From positions 1-37,668 of the forward strand of contig RBNJ01000184.1 of NCBI GenBank assembly GCA_003990765.1: a DNA stretch of 37,668 nt. The letters run 5' to 3'. The notes beneath the pieces were generated by a model. The model saw only the letters and a program-made list of their open reading frames with translations, made no database searches and had not been told where the DNA came from. The stretch comes from Jimgerdemannia flammicorona. Taxonomy: Eukaryota. This document shows positions 9,539 to 23,627 of this stretch, in pieces; the stretch's first letter is position 1; every line of letters starts with the position of its first letter. The position numbers were made by a program, and so were the translations under genes.

Positions 9539-12042
9539 TTTGTTTTATAGACCCAAAGTTCTGTAGATTTTATTGGAAGAAAACCTAGATTATATAGGTC
9601 AAAACTCTTCTCCATCACTCTTTAAATATTATACCTTTATTAAATCTAAGTTAGCTATTGTCTAGTAACTCAACTATATTAGATACAGTAGGGCAAAGTT
9701 GTCTATATCTTATTTTATAAACTATGTTCTTTCTATCACTAAGGAGTAATAAATATATACTTTAGATATATATCTGAAATTCCAATATATATATAAGACT
9801 ATATCTGAGCCAATTTGTATAGTCTCTACTGTCCTAAAGAGAGTAATAGGTAAAAAAAAAAACTCTCTTCAAAGTATAAAATAGTGAGTAAGACTTAGTT
9901 CTCTCTAATGAGATAAGTAGAGAACTTATACATATATAAGGTAAGAGGAGACTCCTAATACCCTACTACTCAAGTCTGCAAATCTCAATTATATTACTAT
10001 ATTAGCTCTTGATTCCAGTTAAATATAGTTAAGATGTCTAATCTAGATAGTCTTGGACCCTCTAACTATCTTCAATAACTGGGACTTAATTCTATGAATT
10101 GTCAAAAGCAATTAAGAGTGATACCTACCACCTAACTACCCTGCACCAATCAGAAGGCCCCATCAATATAGTATCTATCTCAGCTCTGATGATCACCCCT
10201 AGTTTAGCACTCTACTGATCTACCATAATCACTCTTCCTCTTATCTGTAATGGCCATCTCCTCTCTCATCCCAACTCTACCTAAAAAGCAGTTACCTATA
10301 CTAGAACCATACTTACCAGAAAGCTTGTCAAAGCTCAGAGGGCCCCACTACAGACACTAGAGATCTGTAGGTAATCTATACTAGTACTTAATATTTAAGA
10401 TCAGCCAACTCTATATATAGCCTATAATATATCAGATGATATCTTATTGATAATGGCAAAAGAAAGAAAGTACTATATAAAAATGAATATACTTTAGATA
10501 TAGTCAAAGATATCAGAAACTATAAAAAAGTAGAGAAGATACTGATCTGATACTAATAAAGAGATAACTTATTACTATTCTCTCTTTCACTATATCCTTA
10601 TAGATATAATAAACTAACCTAAGATAGAGAGAGTAATAATAGAGGAAAGGAGACTCAAAAGATTACTTACCAAATCTTATAATCAGTAAGATAGCAGAGA
10701 AAGGTGCCTTCTTTCTATCTATATATATATATAGTATTTATTTTATTATTTAAATTTTCAAAGTATTTTTCTTCTGTTTCTATAGTATAGATTTCTTTGG
10801 TTTAGTTTTTTTTAGCTCTTTTTATATTATCTTCAATAATATATTATATATATATAAGAGAAGAGGTTTATTATTTAAACTTATATATATATATTAGTAT
10901 TTTTGCAATATTATTTCTTATATAAAGATATAAGAAACAGTGAGTATTTTATTTAATAATTATTACTAAGGAGTAATTTTGATTATAATTATAATAGTTT
11001 AAATAAATATTAAATTAAGAGATAATATACAATATAATATAGTAGATATTTAACTTAAAAAGTATATTAGATTTATTTATCTAAAATTTTTAATCTTCTT
11101 GACTCAGTAGAATTAGTTATAAAAAATAAAGTAAGTTAGAAAGATATATCTATTTATAGGCTACTTAGTTTTTTTTAAAAAACTATTTTAATTTAAGATT
11201 TATTTACTTTAAAAACTAAAGTTATTTATATAAGTTTACTAGCTATTGTGATGAGTAAATATTATAGTATAGCTAGATGATATATAAAATATCTAATATT
11301 ATTCAGATTATATAAACTTCTGACAATACTTTTAATATTTTTTTTAGAGAAAAAGTAATAGTAATATAGTAATTAATGAGTAATCTGAGAAGTATACTAG
11401 ACAGAACAGCTCTAGTATATTTGACTGATAGTATATAGAGAGGAGTTATAGCTTGAGAGAGAGTCTGTTAGACTCTCTCTCTAATAGATAAGAGGATGAA
11501 AGAGGTGGAGCTGATAGATAGAGGATTGAGAGAGTAAGTTTTGCTAATAAGGTCAAGATAGGACATTTATTAATAAGATTAGAGAGTTGGCTATAGAGAG
11601 ATAAGAAGAAGGAGGAGGCTGCAGGGTCTGATAGAGTGGTCCAAGGTAGTAGTGATGGTAGGGCTGGAGGAGTAGAGGCTGGGGAGAGTAGAACTACTAA
11701 TGGAAAGGAAACTACTAATCTGAAAAAAAATTCAGATATAATAGCTAATAGTGAATTCAGATAAAGGGGAGGTATGAGGTTCAGAGACTTGGCTGATAAT
11801 ATAATAGGTCTGGTGGCAGTACTATTACTCAAGAAATTAGTGTCTGAATTTACTATTATACTATATTTCTAGGGCTTAGTAGTTATAATAAAAATAGTTC
11901 AGAGACTTCTGTCTTAGAGATAAAGAGAGCAGTCTTAGTGAAGTTCTTAAAAGAACTGAAAGAGATAGAGGTAGACTTTGAGGAGGAGAACTTGATATTA
12001 AGAGTATTGAAGAAAGAGATAGTAGTGAGAGAGATAGTGATC

Positions 12043-14892
12043 TTTTTTTTTTTTTTAGTCTTAAGGATTTTTACTTTATTATCAAAATACTAATACAAAT
12101 GAACCCCCTCACCTAATCCCACTCAGAACCTCTCTCTCCCCCTCACCATTCTCAAAACACTGCTGACCCCTCAGCTACCCCAATTCTCTCCCCACTTTTC
12201 CTACAGTTTGTCTATACTAATTGTCTCTAATATCTCCCACCAGTACCCCCACTCCTCTACCACCTAGTCAATATATCTGTCACCAGCCACTCTTATCTAG
12301 CCACTCTCACCCCCAAAGGCAACCATTGACCCTCCTTAAATACATATAGCAAATGTCCTGCAAGCTCAACCTAAATTGCCAACACCCATTCTAATATCAA
12401 TCACTCATCTCCCAACTCCCCCACCAATCTCCTCCAGAGGTCACCCTACCTCTCACCCACCCCCAACTCTAGTGGGTGCCCCCCCAGTTATATCTTAATC
12501 TCTCTCCAAAAGTCATCTATTATCTTATACTCTCCTAACCAATGTTTAGGTATCTGTATCACCCACCCCTCTTTCCTGCCTGATATTCAGATACTCCTTA
12601 TACTCCTGGGTATCTCTTCTACTAAGTGACCTGTCTGGTAGTTTAACATAACATTATGCTATAGAAATCTCTATCATACTACCCAGAACTTAGGTGGGAT
12701 CCATCTTACTATCTGCTTGCCCTACTACTAAATACTGTTCCAGTCTTACACCTCTCCAATCTCCACCCCCTGCCATGCCTCAGGCCATGATCTCTTCTAT
12801 ATTTCCAAAGGTACTCTATACTATCCTCTAAGCTAAAGTCATCCACCAGTACTCTATCCAACAGAAGGCAGTCTCACCTCTATATCTGGGGTCCCCATTT
12901 CTCCTCCCCCTCATCACTCTACTATTGGAGACTAATATAGTATATCTTATTAGTCACCTTTCACCAGAATCTCCTATAATATATCCTCTGACTCCTCTCT
13001 AATACCACCAGGGATAGAAGATCCCAGTCACATCCCAGGGAGAAAACCAGGCCTCTCATACCCTCTGCATGAGAGGAACCCACTCTCTACCTCTCAACTT
13101 GATTGCTTGCTTCAGTCACCACACTCTCAAGTAGTAAAGATGCTTGGAAAAATTCACCAGACCTAGGTCTCTCCAGTCTACTGATCAGGTCAATACCTTC
13201 CAACCAATCTGACTCCATTGCTCTGCCCATATCCAGGTTCTGGTCATCTTCAACAATCACTTGACCACTTATATTAGAAAGTCTAAGTAATATTCTAGAT
13301 ACTATAGCTTAGGCAACTAGTAAATATTCAACACTGTCACCCTTCCTGCCAGAGATATATAGCGACCACCCCACTCTAAGAGAGTACTTCTCCACTCTAC
13401 CAACTGCTGCTCTCACTATCTATATAGTAATAAAGAACCATATACTAAAAAGTAGATCTCCAGATAGTGCACAGCCTCTATCACAAGGACAATTGTTCCA
13501 ATGACATCCCCACCTACTATCCCTTCTCCCAATACTAAGATCTCACAGTTGAGCTTGGTACCCAAGTACCCCTCATACTACTCTACTGTATCTTTCAGTA
13601 CTGCAATATTCTCAACTGACTCCAGCCCAACTACTATATTATCAGCAAAGACCCCCACTTTTTAATTAATCCCCAGAATGTCCAACCCTCCCACCTTATG
13701 TCATATTCTATCTAAAAGAGGCTCCAGAGATCATGCATACAAAATCAGTAACAGTGAATCCCTCTGTAGCACTTCTCTGCCAAAAGAGAATGAAACCTCT
13801 CTATACCTATTCACTATAATTACTGTCTGACTCTTTTCCAGCAGACCAACCAAGACCTACCAGACTCCAGAGGGGACCCCAATGTGCTTTAGTACTCCTT
13901 CCAACCACACTCACTAGACTCTGTTATAGGCCTTCTCTTGGTTCAAGAAAACCAGCTGTCTATCTACTCTATCAGTATAGGCTCTCTTGATGACACCATG
14001 TACCCAGGCTATCCTATCTAGTGCACCCAAATGAATCGAATCAATTTGAATTGAATCGAATTGAGGGTCATTTGAATCAAATCAAATTGGGGATTTTTCA
14101 ATTCGAATTGAGGGTCTGATTCAAAACCTATTTTTAGAAATGCAATAACTCGACGAATACATGTCCAAATTCAATGATCTTTAGCATGTTAGATTTCCCT
14201 ATATGAGGAATCTAACAAGCTAAATATCATTGAATTTAGATGTATATTAGTCGAGCTATTTAATTTCTAAAAATAGAGTTCAAATCAGACCTTAAATTGA
14301 ATTAGACCTCAATTGGAATTGATTCAAATTGAATTGGGCCTCAATTCAATTCAAAGTTTTCGAATTAAATCGAATTTGGGTCCAATTCAATTCAATTTGA
14401 TTTATTGAGAGCACTAGTCCTATCTCTAATCAGAACCTGTTGAGCCACTCTCTATAGCCTAGTCACTAGGATCTTTATGACCAGTTTGCAGTCCATATCT
14501 AAAAGTATGATCAGCCTCCAGTTCTTCCACTCCTCCTTCCTCCTCTTATTCTTAAACAGCAGAGCTACAAGATCCAAGCTCTGCCCCCCAATCTATATTC
14601 CTGAGCCTATCACTTTATCATACATTGCTACCATTTCCTCTAGAATCAACTTAACTTCTACCATCTTCTTCTAAAAATCCCACTATAAGCCATCCTCCCC
14701 TGGTACTATCCCAGAGCTCATTATCATCAGAACCTACTGAATCTCTTTCTCTTAGACAGTAGTACCAAGGTCACTTAAGTCCACTGCCAGATCAGAGTAC
14801 TATTCCTCTAAGTGCCTGTCAATGTCCATTACCCCCACCCCTCCATCCTCCTTACTCCATAGATGTCCCTACTGTCTGCTCAACTGATCTAG
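12043..14892 (-). mobile_element. 5'-truncated LINE (RT to 3' end with poly-A) inserted antisense into ORF1 of the host LINE
   Basis: Poly-T at 12043-12056. Degenerate TSD gagagatagtgatct (~12029-12043) / ggagagtagtgatct (14894-14908). Minus-strand RT motifs KVGVFADNIVV (~13630-13665) and LQRDSL (= QGDPL, ~13755-13770). Confidence 0.85.
14019..14416. mobile_element. 398-bp non-autonomous hAT foldback element (MITE)
   Basis: Ends TAGTGCACCCAA...TTGAGAGCACTA; 8-bp TSD atcctatc (14011-14018) / gtcctatc (14417-14424); GAAT(C/T) subterminal repeats; whole element is an imperfect palindrome centred near 14200. Confidence 0.9.
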
Positions 14893-17889
14893 AGGAGAGT
14901 AGTGATCTCTATAGCTAGGTGCTAGTACTGAGACCTCTGGGTGATTTAGCTGATAGTAGTAAATATATCTATAGTGAAGAAAGAGGTGGCCAAAGGACTA
15001 ATTGTTAATATCATCAAGGAGTATAAAAATATAGTAGATATTGGATTCAGAGTCTGAGAAGATATAGAGTTTAGAATATAGAATGTAAATATTAGAGTAA
15101 GACTGTTGGATAAGAAGAATACTGGAAAAGAAAGAGATTGGCTAGTAGTACTTAAGTAGAGCCTAATAGAGTACAAGGTCTTGAGGGTGAAGGAGATACC
15201 AGAGGAGGAGGAGGATCTGCTATAGATATTAGAGAATTTGACTAGTACTATTGAGAGGAGAAGGTTGGCCTGAAAGAAGTTTGAGGCTAAGATGGTAGTG
15301 GAGATTATGAATAGTAAGATAGTGTGACTGGATTGGGCTACCTGAAAGAGGTCTCAAGAGAGGCAGCATCAGAAAGATCTGTTGGCAAATTTGGGAGAGA
15401 GTACTGAGGGAGAGAATATCACTAAGAGAGTTGGATTGAGAGTGAGTATCTGGGCAGAGGAGAATAGAGTGGCTCAGAAGACAACCTTGGAGAATAATGA
15501 GAACTTAGGGCAGAGTACAGTAGCTGAAGATAAGGTGATAGTAGAGGGGACCCAAGTTCAGTATAGAGTATCTATAGAGATAATGAGTTGTAGGATGTAC
15601 TGGAAGAGGATTGAGATGAGTCAGTGAGGACAAATACTGATAGCAGTCAGAGAGTTGAGGGGCAGAAGGTGGTCCTGAGAGTAGATAGGCTATTGAAGAT
15701 AAGATATAGTTGTAGAAGGTACTGATGAATATTACAGCTAATGAATTAGGTGAGATGGATTTTCATGTTATTAGTAAGAGATATTGGAGTAATATCTTAT
15801 GAGGAGAAGAAGTGATATGAAAGCTTCAGAATTAGTTAATAGTGACCCTACTAGAGGCAGAAGAGTATAAGGTAGATGACTACAGAGAAGTAATTCTCAT
15901 AGTGATTGTGAATAATTATACAATCTATCTATAGAGCTCTAGGAAGCAATTGACAAAGTGGCAGATAGTGTGTGAGAAGTATAGATCTTCTATAGAAGTG
16001 TAGAATAGTGAGGATTATTGAGAGATTCTGAAGGTACTGAATATTCAGCAGGGGGAGGTAGATGAGATTGAGACAGAGATAAATCTAGATATAGTGAGTA
16101 ATATAGTGAGCATAGAATTATAGAGTGGGGAATCCAACTTCAAACATTATTCAAACATTATTCAACATAAACAGTATAACTAGAAGCTTCTCTTTGAATA
16201 TCAATAGATAGAAGAGTACAGTGAGATATTGGAATATTTTCTGCTAGCTGAGAGAGCTAGATATTGATCTGTTCTTGCTACATAATATAAGATATAATGA
16301 GAACTTGGATATGCTGAACTAAATGAAGGAATGGGGGGAGGGGTGGCCATGTGGAGAGGTAGAGTAGTGTGGGGAGTATGGAAGAAGCCTGGCTGAAGCC
16401 CTTTAACTATTGGGTTATATTACTACCCAGTAGTAAGAAGAGTATGCTTGGAGTGGATAAGAGGACTATAAGATATAGGTACTATAGTAGAGATAGAGAT
16501 AGACTGTTTGGTTAAGAACTTTAACATAGTTCATGATAGGCAGTTGGATAGGACAGATGGAGAGAGAAGGATGGCTGATAGGAGCAGAAGAATAAAAGAC
16601 TGAAAGGAGGTCAAAAGTCTGAGCTCTCTGGTAGATACAGAGTGACTTGGGTAGAGAGATCACAGAGTCTATACTCACTGGGTAGCTGGACTGGGCTTGA
16701 GGATTAACTAGATCTTAACTGCTGAGTACTGGAGAGGAGATGTCTGGAAATCTTTAGAGATAGTTTGGTACTCATAGTTAGATTATTGGAGTCTTCTAGA
16801 TTATAGAAGGTTTGGAAGAAATAGAGAGGGACTTAGATATTAGTATCTGAATACTTCATTACTGGAGAAGCCCTCTTTGTAGAATGCATAGATAGAGAAC
16901 ATTAGCATCAGTATCCTTAGTTGGAGGGAGAAAGAGCTAGAGATAGGAGATTGTTAGAGATAGTTGAAATTGGATACTCAATAGTTTTGAGAAGAGGAAG
17001 AGAGGGCAAGGAGTGCTCAGAGGAGGAGTTGATTATGATGGGCTTTCTGATAGTTAGAGAAGTTATTGATGATATGGGCTGAATTGCTGAAGAACATAGA
17101 GAGGAGAGATTGGAGGGTTCAGTGGATCTGACTTGAGGTAAAGAAACTAAAGAGACTACTGAGACAGGAAGAGGACTTATAAGTGAAGAGTATGATAGCC
17201 TAGTTGCAGGAGCAGAGCTTGGAAGAGGGGAAGAGGTCTACAAAGTTTCTGTTAAGACTTCTCAGACAAGAAGAGTGAGGCAGTAGTGAAAAGGAGTATT
17301 GGATGAGATAAGAGAGATAGTGGTGAGGACTCAGGAGATCTTGGGCCAGTTGAGTGTATAGTGGAGAGACAATTGTAGAGTGAGGAGGAGAGTAGGAAGA
17401 ATGTACTGGACATTGAATAATATCTGAAGAACTGATACTCAGACTCAGTGGAGGACTTGGGTGAACTCAGAGTATTAGTTAAAAGAGAGGAGATCTGTCA
17501 GATATTGGTAATAATAAGTCTTGAAATGGTCCCCAGGGAGGATGGCTTACCTTGAGATTTCTAGAAGAGAATAGTAGACAATCAAGTTGGTTTTGAAGAA
17601 GATGATATACATAGATATATGATGAAGTTATTGACTCAGGGGCTTAAATTGGGAGACAGTACCTAGGTCTTATAGCTCTATTGTATAAGAATAAGAGGAG
17701 AAGAGAGAAGTAAAAGAACTGGAGGCTGATCATACTTCTGAATATAGATCACAAGTTAGTTATGAAGATATTGGTGGCTAGACTATAGAGAGTGACTCAG
17801 TAGATATTGGGAGAGGAGCAGTGAGGCTTCATTAGTAGCTATCTGATAAGGAATAAGATAGTATGGATATATGGTGTCTAGTGCTCCAA

Positions 17890-18220
17890 ATGAGTAAATT
17901 TGAATCAAATCTGGATTCAATTCATCACATGATGGTTTGATCCAAATCTCAAATCTGAAGCAATTTGAATCAACTCAGATTAATCTAAATCACTTCATCT
18001 AAACTACTCAATCTGAACTACTCAATCTGAATCATTCAATCTGAATCACTCAATTCAAATCACTTAATCCAAATCACTCAATCTGAATCATCCAATTCAA
18101 ATCCTCCAATTTGAATTCTCCAATTCAAATTCTTCAATCCAAATCCTCATCTGAATTCTTCTACTGAATCCTTTAATCTGAATCCTCCAATCTGAATCCT
18201 CTAATCTAAATCCTCCACAT
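17890..18220 (+). repeat. Subterminal ~14-bp tandem repeats (ATCTGAATCACTCA-like) of hAT copy A
   Basis: Many aatctgaatc/aatccaaatc units; counterpart at 30510-30800. Confidence 0.85.
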
Positions 18221-18273
18221 GACTCATATGTCAGAGATATCTATATATACAATATATATATATATAAACATAC

Positions 18274-20822
18274 CTATCAACAGATTAGTCTTCAACAGTT
18301 TACAGTACCAATGATGCTTCAAGTCAAATATCCCTAATAGTTCTATACCTTCCATATAATCCTCACTCCAAAATCTGGCAATATTGTACTAAAATGAGAG
18401 ATGATATTATTTGTAACTATTGCAGGTAAAAATATTTTAAAAAAAAAAAGATACACCTATGATATAACTGATACTTTGTTTGATATATATATGATACTAT
18501 TTCATCTACCCCTATAAACTGCACAACTAGAAGTTCAAAATGCTTAGTAGTTCAACTTTAAACATATATTGATACATAAAAGACAAGTACTCTGACAAAA
18601 TCAAAAAGAACACAGAGATGAATAAAATCAATATCTAAGCTATAGCAGATATTTATCTGATTGCCTGACCATTTCTATACCAATAACTTCATTTAATCAA
18701 AAATATTTAATTATACTCTTCAGCAGAATTTTGAAATCAGCTCATTTGTTGGATTATGTATACAGACCAACCATTCATAACTATCGAGAGTAATCAATTG
18801 CATAGTATTTTTGGCCTCCTCAAGCATGATTTATATTTGCTAAATGCCAATACTATTTGCAAAGATGTCCTGAAGGCCTATAGAAAGAGTATAACAATCT
18901 CTGCCAGATACTTCAGGTAAAATAAGAGTAGCACCATGACCTTTGCAAGCTGAATTATATATATATATTTATAAAGAGCTTACCAATTTAATCTCACATT
19001 CAATAAGTAGAATTTGGTAGACAAAATTTCATTTATAATTGACACATGAATATCTCTCAATGCAATTTCATTTCTGGGCATTACCAGTTATTGGATTGAT
19101 CTTGATTGATAGCTTAAATCTCTCACCCTTGACTTCATCAAACTTACTGGCCCTCATTCTGGAGAAAACATCACAGATACTTTTATTCATTGTATTTGAG
19201 AGCTTGGGATCACAACTAAGATAAAAAAGGAGGGCTTGTCATCAAGTTGGCATTTTGAGAGAAGTCCTAAAACAAAACAGATTTTATTGATTATTTATTT
19301 TTGCATAAATTTGTCAACTGAATATTTCAAGTATAGATTTTGACCATTATAATGGACAATACTACAAACAACTCAACATTTTTCCAAGTTTTAGCAAGTA
19401 GCCTTAAATAGAAAAATATGGCCTTTAGTATAGAAAGCTACTATGTATGATGCTAGGCCTACATACTGAACCTCACTGTTCAATACAAATTGGTTGTGTC
19501 AGTCTGATTGTCCCTACAATGATGAGACAAATTCACTATATAGTGTAGGATAATCAGTTTAGCCTCAAAAGAGCTGATATTGGACATCTGTATGTATTGG
19601 AACTCAACATTTGCAATGATCCAGCACATGCTGGAGTTTACTATAGTATGTATCCTTTTTTTCAGTTGGCTGAAGCAACTTGTTTTGGATGATTGAAGTT
19701 TTTTTTTTTTTTTTTTTTTTTAAAAAAAAAACAAAACAAAAAAAGCCAATAGATTCAATAGTTGCTGCTGATAAGAAAATGTAGAGCAAGACTATAGGTA
19801 AAAGTGAGTGGAACATACTTAGAGATATTGTCAGAGATTTAGAAGTAAGTAGTGATTGCTCTGACTCTATACTTATTTTGTCTATCTCTATATAATATAA
19901 TACCTTACTATATAACTGCCAGTGCTTTGATAATTGTATGAAAGATATAGTCAAACAAATGACCCTAAGCTCTGCAATACTAGTATATAACCTTTTGATT
20001 AACTGACTAAAGGATAAGCTTAAGGACAGACTAGAGGATTGCAGTAATTTATAATTAAGCCTGAATCAGAGAGATGCTGTAGAGGTTGCTCTAAGTAAGC
20101 TCAGAAAATACTACTCTAAAACAGATATCACCATATACTCAATCAGTATAGGTATACCAGCATGTAGCTATTGCCTCTTCTAAAATAGAGAAATCTCAAT
20201 AAAACTTGCTCTCTTTCTCTAAACAGTACTAGACCCATGCTTAAAGCTATAATACTATAAAAATCAGAGCTGAGAGCAGTACTATATTGAGGAAATCAAG
20301 CAGGCCATAATTGAAATATACTAGAAAAACTATATACTGCTATAAGGTTCTGACTAAAGTCTAGACAAATATACTGAGAGATCTCTCCTATTCCACATTT
20401 ACTTCAACAGAAAGAGAAAAAGGGAGCCATCAGTAGAAGAGCTACTGTCAATAGATGAACTTACCATTTATCTTACCAGTAACTATATATTTCTGCTGGA
20501 GGGCATAGAGGTACTCAACTGGTAGAAGATAGGTTATTAGGTAGGCAGTTAGTTGTATTGGACTAATTTAATCTACCAACCTAACCACTAATCTAACCAC
20601 TACTCTACCTACTAGGGTGTGTGACCACAGCTATATCAAACAGACTTCTCCAGCCTATGTGGTATAGCTTAAGACTATCTGGTAATTTCAGCCATCAGTA
20701 CTCCCATCAAGTGAGTGTTCTCAGATGGGGTAGATCTCATTGCCCCTAAGAGGTGTATACTGAATACTGAGACAATCCAGATATATATGTATCTGAAATC
20801 TTGATGGGACATGGGCTACTAA
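18274..20822 (+). pseudogene. hAT transposase with introns (copy A), disrupted
   Basis: BED relic SKIWQYC...IICNYC; IDT*ISLNAISFLGIT; IIMDNTTNN; C*AYILNL; C-terminal DYLVISAISTPIK*VFS...LKS*W. Confidence 0.9.
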
Positions 20823-20924
20823 AATTCAGCAGGTTCTAGGGTTTATAGATAATTGGCCTTATAGATTATTTAATACTTTTTAAAATAAAAAGGAAAAAAA
20901 AAAAACCTAAGGACTTAGCCTAGA

Positions 20925-21410
20925 GTTTGCAGCCCAAGTAGAGCAGTAGTCAGCAGGGTTGGTGGCAGTGGAGGGAGTATGCAAAATTTGTGGCCCTCCA
21001 CCAGTAGCAAAGAGCAGCCCCATACTATGTACCTGGGTCAGTGGGTAGGATTAGTAGAGGGAGTATACAGAATTTGCAGCTCCCCACTAGCAGCAAGAGA
21101 CAGCTCTAAGCCACAAGTATCCAGAGTAGAGGGGGTTGATGGAGGGGACAGAGTAGACAGAGGGAGCATGCAAAATTTGCAGCCCTCTACTAGCAGCATG
21201 GAGCACCTCCAAGCAGCCTATACTCAGACCAGAGGGTCAGCAGAGTTGGCAGAGAGAGTACACAAAATTTGCAGTCCTCTGCCAGTAGCAAAGAGGTAAC
21301 CCCAAGTTACCAAGGAATCCAAGTCTAGGTCAGAGGGTGCTTCTGGTGGTCAGAGGGTACTTCTGGCAATCAAAGAGTGCTTCTAGTGGTCAGAGAGTGC
21401 TTCTGGTAGT
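20925..21410. repeat. Internal GC-rich tandem repeats of hAT copy A (core GCAAAATTTGCAGCCCTC..CAGCAGCAAG..GCAGCCCCAAG; then ~21-bp GGTCAGAGGGTGCTTCTGG units)
   Basis: Four to five recurrences of the long core and ~4 short units; counterpart at 27240-27730. Confidence 0.85.
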
Positions 21411-21651
21411 TGAAGTCTACTACAGATTTGGACCCTATCACTAGTTTGGGTCTCATGGGCACTCTGGTTCTGCACTGTAGTACTATATTGGCAGCACTAC
21501 AAGAGTAGAGTCAAGGGGCTAGTAGGACCCAGCATAATGGTTATACTAGTGCTACAGAAAAAAGCACCTGGCTGCCAGCCCAACCCCCCAAAAAAGACTG
21601 CCCAACCTGTATAAAATAACTGCTGAACTCTTACAAAAGATTGTCTAACCC

Positions 21652-23627
21652 TCACAAAAACTGCTCCATCTGCTAGTTCTAGGCCTTGATGAGCCTGTTA
21701 TCTATTGTGAGTATGACAACTATTATATCCAAGCTCTCCTCAAAGGTGACAGTACCATGGTAGTCATGTGGTTAGAATAGAATGACTATATTGGCTATAA
21801 ATAGAACCCTAAAACTATAGGTGAGATTGTACCAGACTTCACCACTGTCCTTCTAAGTTGGGCCCCTCCTTTTTGGAATATAAAATATTACTGGGATGAC
21901 ATTGTTGTCTGTATATATGGGCAGAGAAACATTATGCCCAATATATTCTGATGTGATCCAAGCATATGGTTAAGTGAACCCTTGGCTCAGAACTTCATAC
22001 TATCAGGCAGTGCTAGAGGATACCTGTCCTTCATTAAGTCTCAGAAGTCCTAGCTTAGAAATCTATCCAAAATAGATGGCATCCAGTCAGTTCTTTTCAT
22101 ATATAGGAAGCAGAAACCCCAGGCTGCATCCAAAAAAGCAGAGCTCCTCACCTCATATGGCATGCTAAATTGCATCAAAAATATATGTACAGCTGTATCA
22201 AGATCACTACCAAGCTGGCCTGCCATATACTCTACCAACCTACTCAAAAAAACCCCAGATCATAGCTGCTATCACTATATAGGCCATATTGTGCTTATAT
22301 ACAGTTTTCTCTTTGATGATACTTTTAAAGTTCCAATAGAAGTACAGAATCTTGTGTATCTCTAGAATTATATCAAAAAGAGTATATCAGTAAGAGATTA
22401 ATTACCTGGGGAGGAAATAAAATAAAAAAAAAGAGAGATGAGTATAGGGGATTTCAGAACTTCAGAACTCCAGAATCCACTCTTTGTCAATATTGTGATA
22501 TATCCAATTCCTATCCAAACTCCCCCTTCTTGCTTTTTTTGCCTCCTCTTTTCTACTACCTAGTATTTGATACAATTCTTACAAACCTCATTGATATAGT
22601 AGTGAAGCTCATTACTGTAGAGATTCCTCATCACTATTGTAACCACCTCTCTATGATTATTAATAATGATATAATTCTCTTTGTTATTGAATACTTCTGC
22701 TGGCCAATGGACCCCTTGATTGAGAATGATTGGCTCCAATTCAAATATAGACCCCCAAGCCTTGATAGTGATACTGGTACTGCTCATACTAAACATTTTG
22801 CCCTTAAACTTCTCTATTTGATCAGATGCCAGATATAGTCAAACTTGAGTAACTTTGAATTCTCTCTTTCAATAGAACTGAGCCCTGATCTGAAGAGCTG
22901 AGTTGTGTGTGGACAGATTGCATACAAATGAGTTGTATGTAGATATTGTGTGAGAGTTTTTAGGAGAGACCACATAAAAATGAAGTTAAATAAAACACAG
23001 AGATGGGTATTTTCAGAAAAGAGTATATGTGAGTAAGTTATATATCAACAAGTTGCATACCAATGAGTTGCATAAGATTGCTCATGAAGGCTTACTTCTG
23101 TTCCTTTTGAGATCTCTGCTATATGATACATTGACTTAACAGCTTAGCCACCAAAGGTATATTCTACAATATCCTCCAGCCTTTCTTCATCTTGACCAGA
23201 TATTACAAATAAAGTCAGCAGATCTTGCCATAAAGCTATAAACCCTAAGAAAAGCATGATGTGAATTAGGTCATGCTGAGAGAATTTAAAACAAGTAATG
23301 AGCTGTAGACTTTAAGAAGAGTATAAGATGAATTGAGTTATGTTGGGGAAATTTAAATAAGTAGCAGCAGAAAAGAGCAACCTATATCTACTATCAGCTG
23401 CTCCAAAAGGCTACTGTATATATAGCTATGAGGTCTATGAATTCCAAGATCCAAAGGGCCACCATGAGTTATTGCTGGAATTCTCCCTCATCTCTACTAT
23501 TGCCATTACCATCACCACTACTACTACTCTCAATGAGCAGCTTATATACTGCCCATATGAGAAAGAATCTAACATTGTCAACAGAGAGTATGTTTTCACC
23601 TTGAATACTCTCTCTTTTGACAATTAT
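21652..23627 (-). pseudogene. hAT cargo gene (copy A): multi-exon, C-terminal 2OG-Fe(II) dioxygenase-like domain, disrupted
   Basis: Colinear homolog of 24878-26969. Reads SLPI(Y)TDNN...WYNLTYSF...PHDYHGTVT, with the HxD His codon changed CAT>TAT (~21913-21915). Confidence 0.75.

Noticed and set aside
11288..11298. Possible TSD of the host LINE (aatatctaata vs aatatctagta at 32326-32336)
   Set aside because: Plausible, but too short and AT-rich to distinguish from chance
20925..21310. Repeat-spacer look resembling a CRISPR array (also 27240-27730)
   Set aside because: Degenerate repeats, related and variable-length spacers, eukaryotic transposon context, no cas genes
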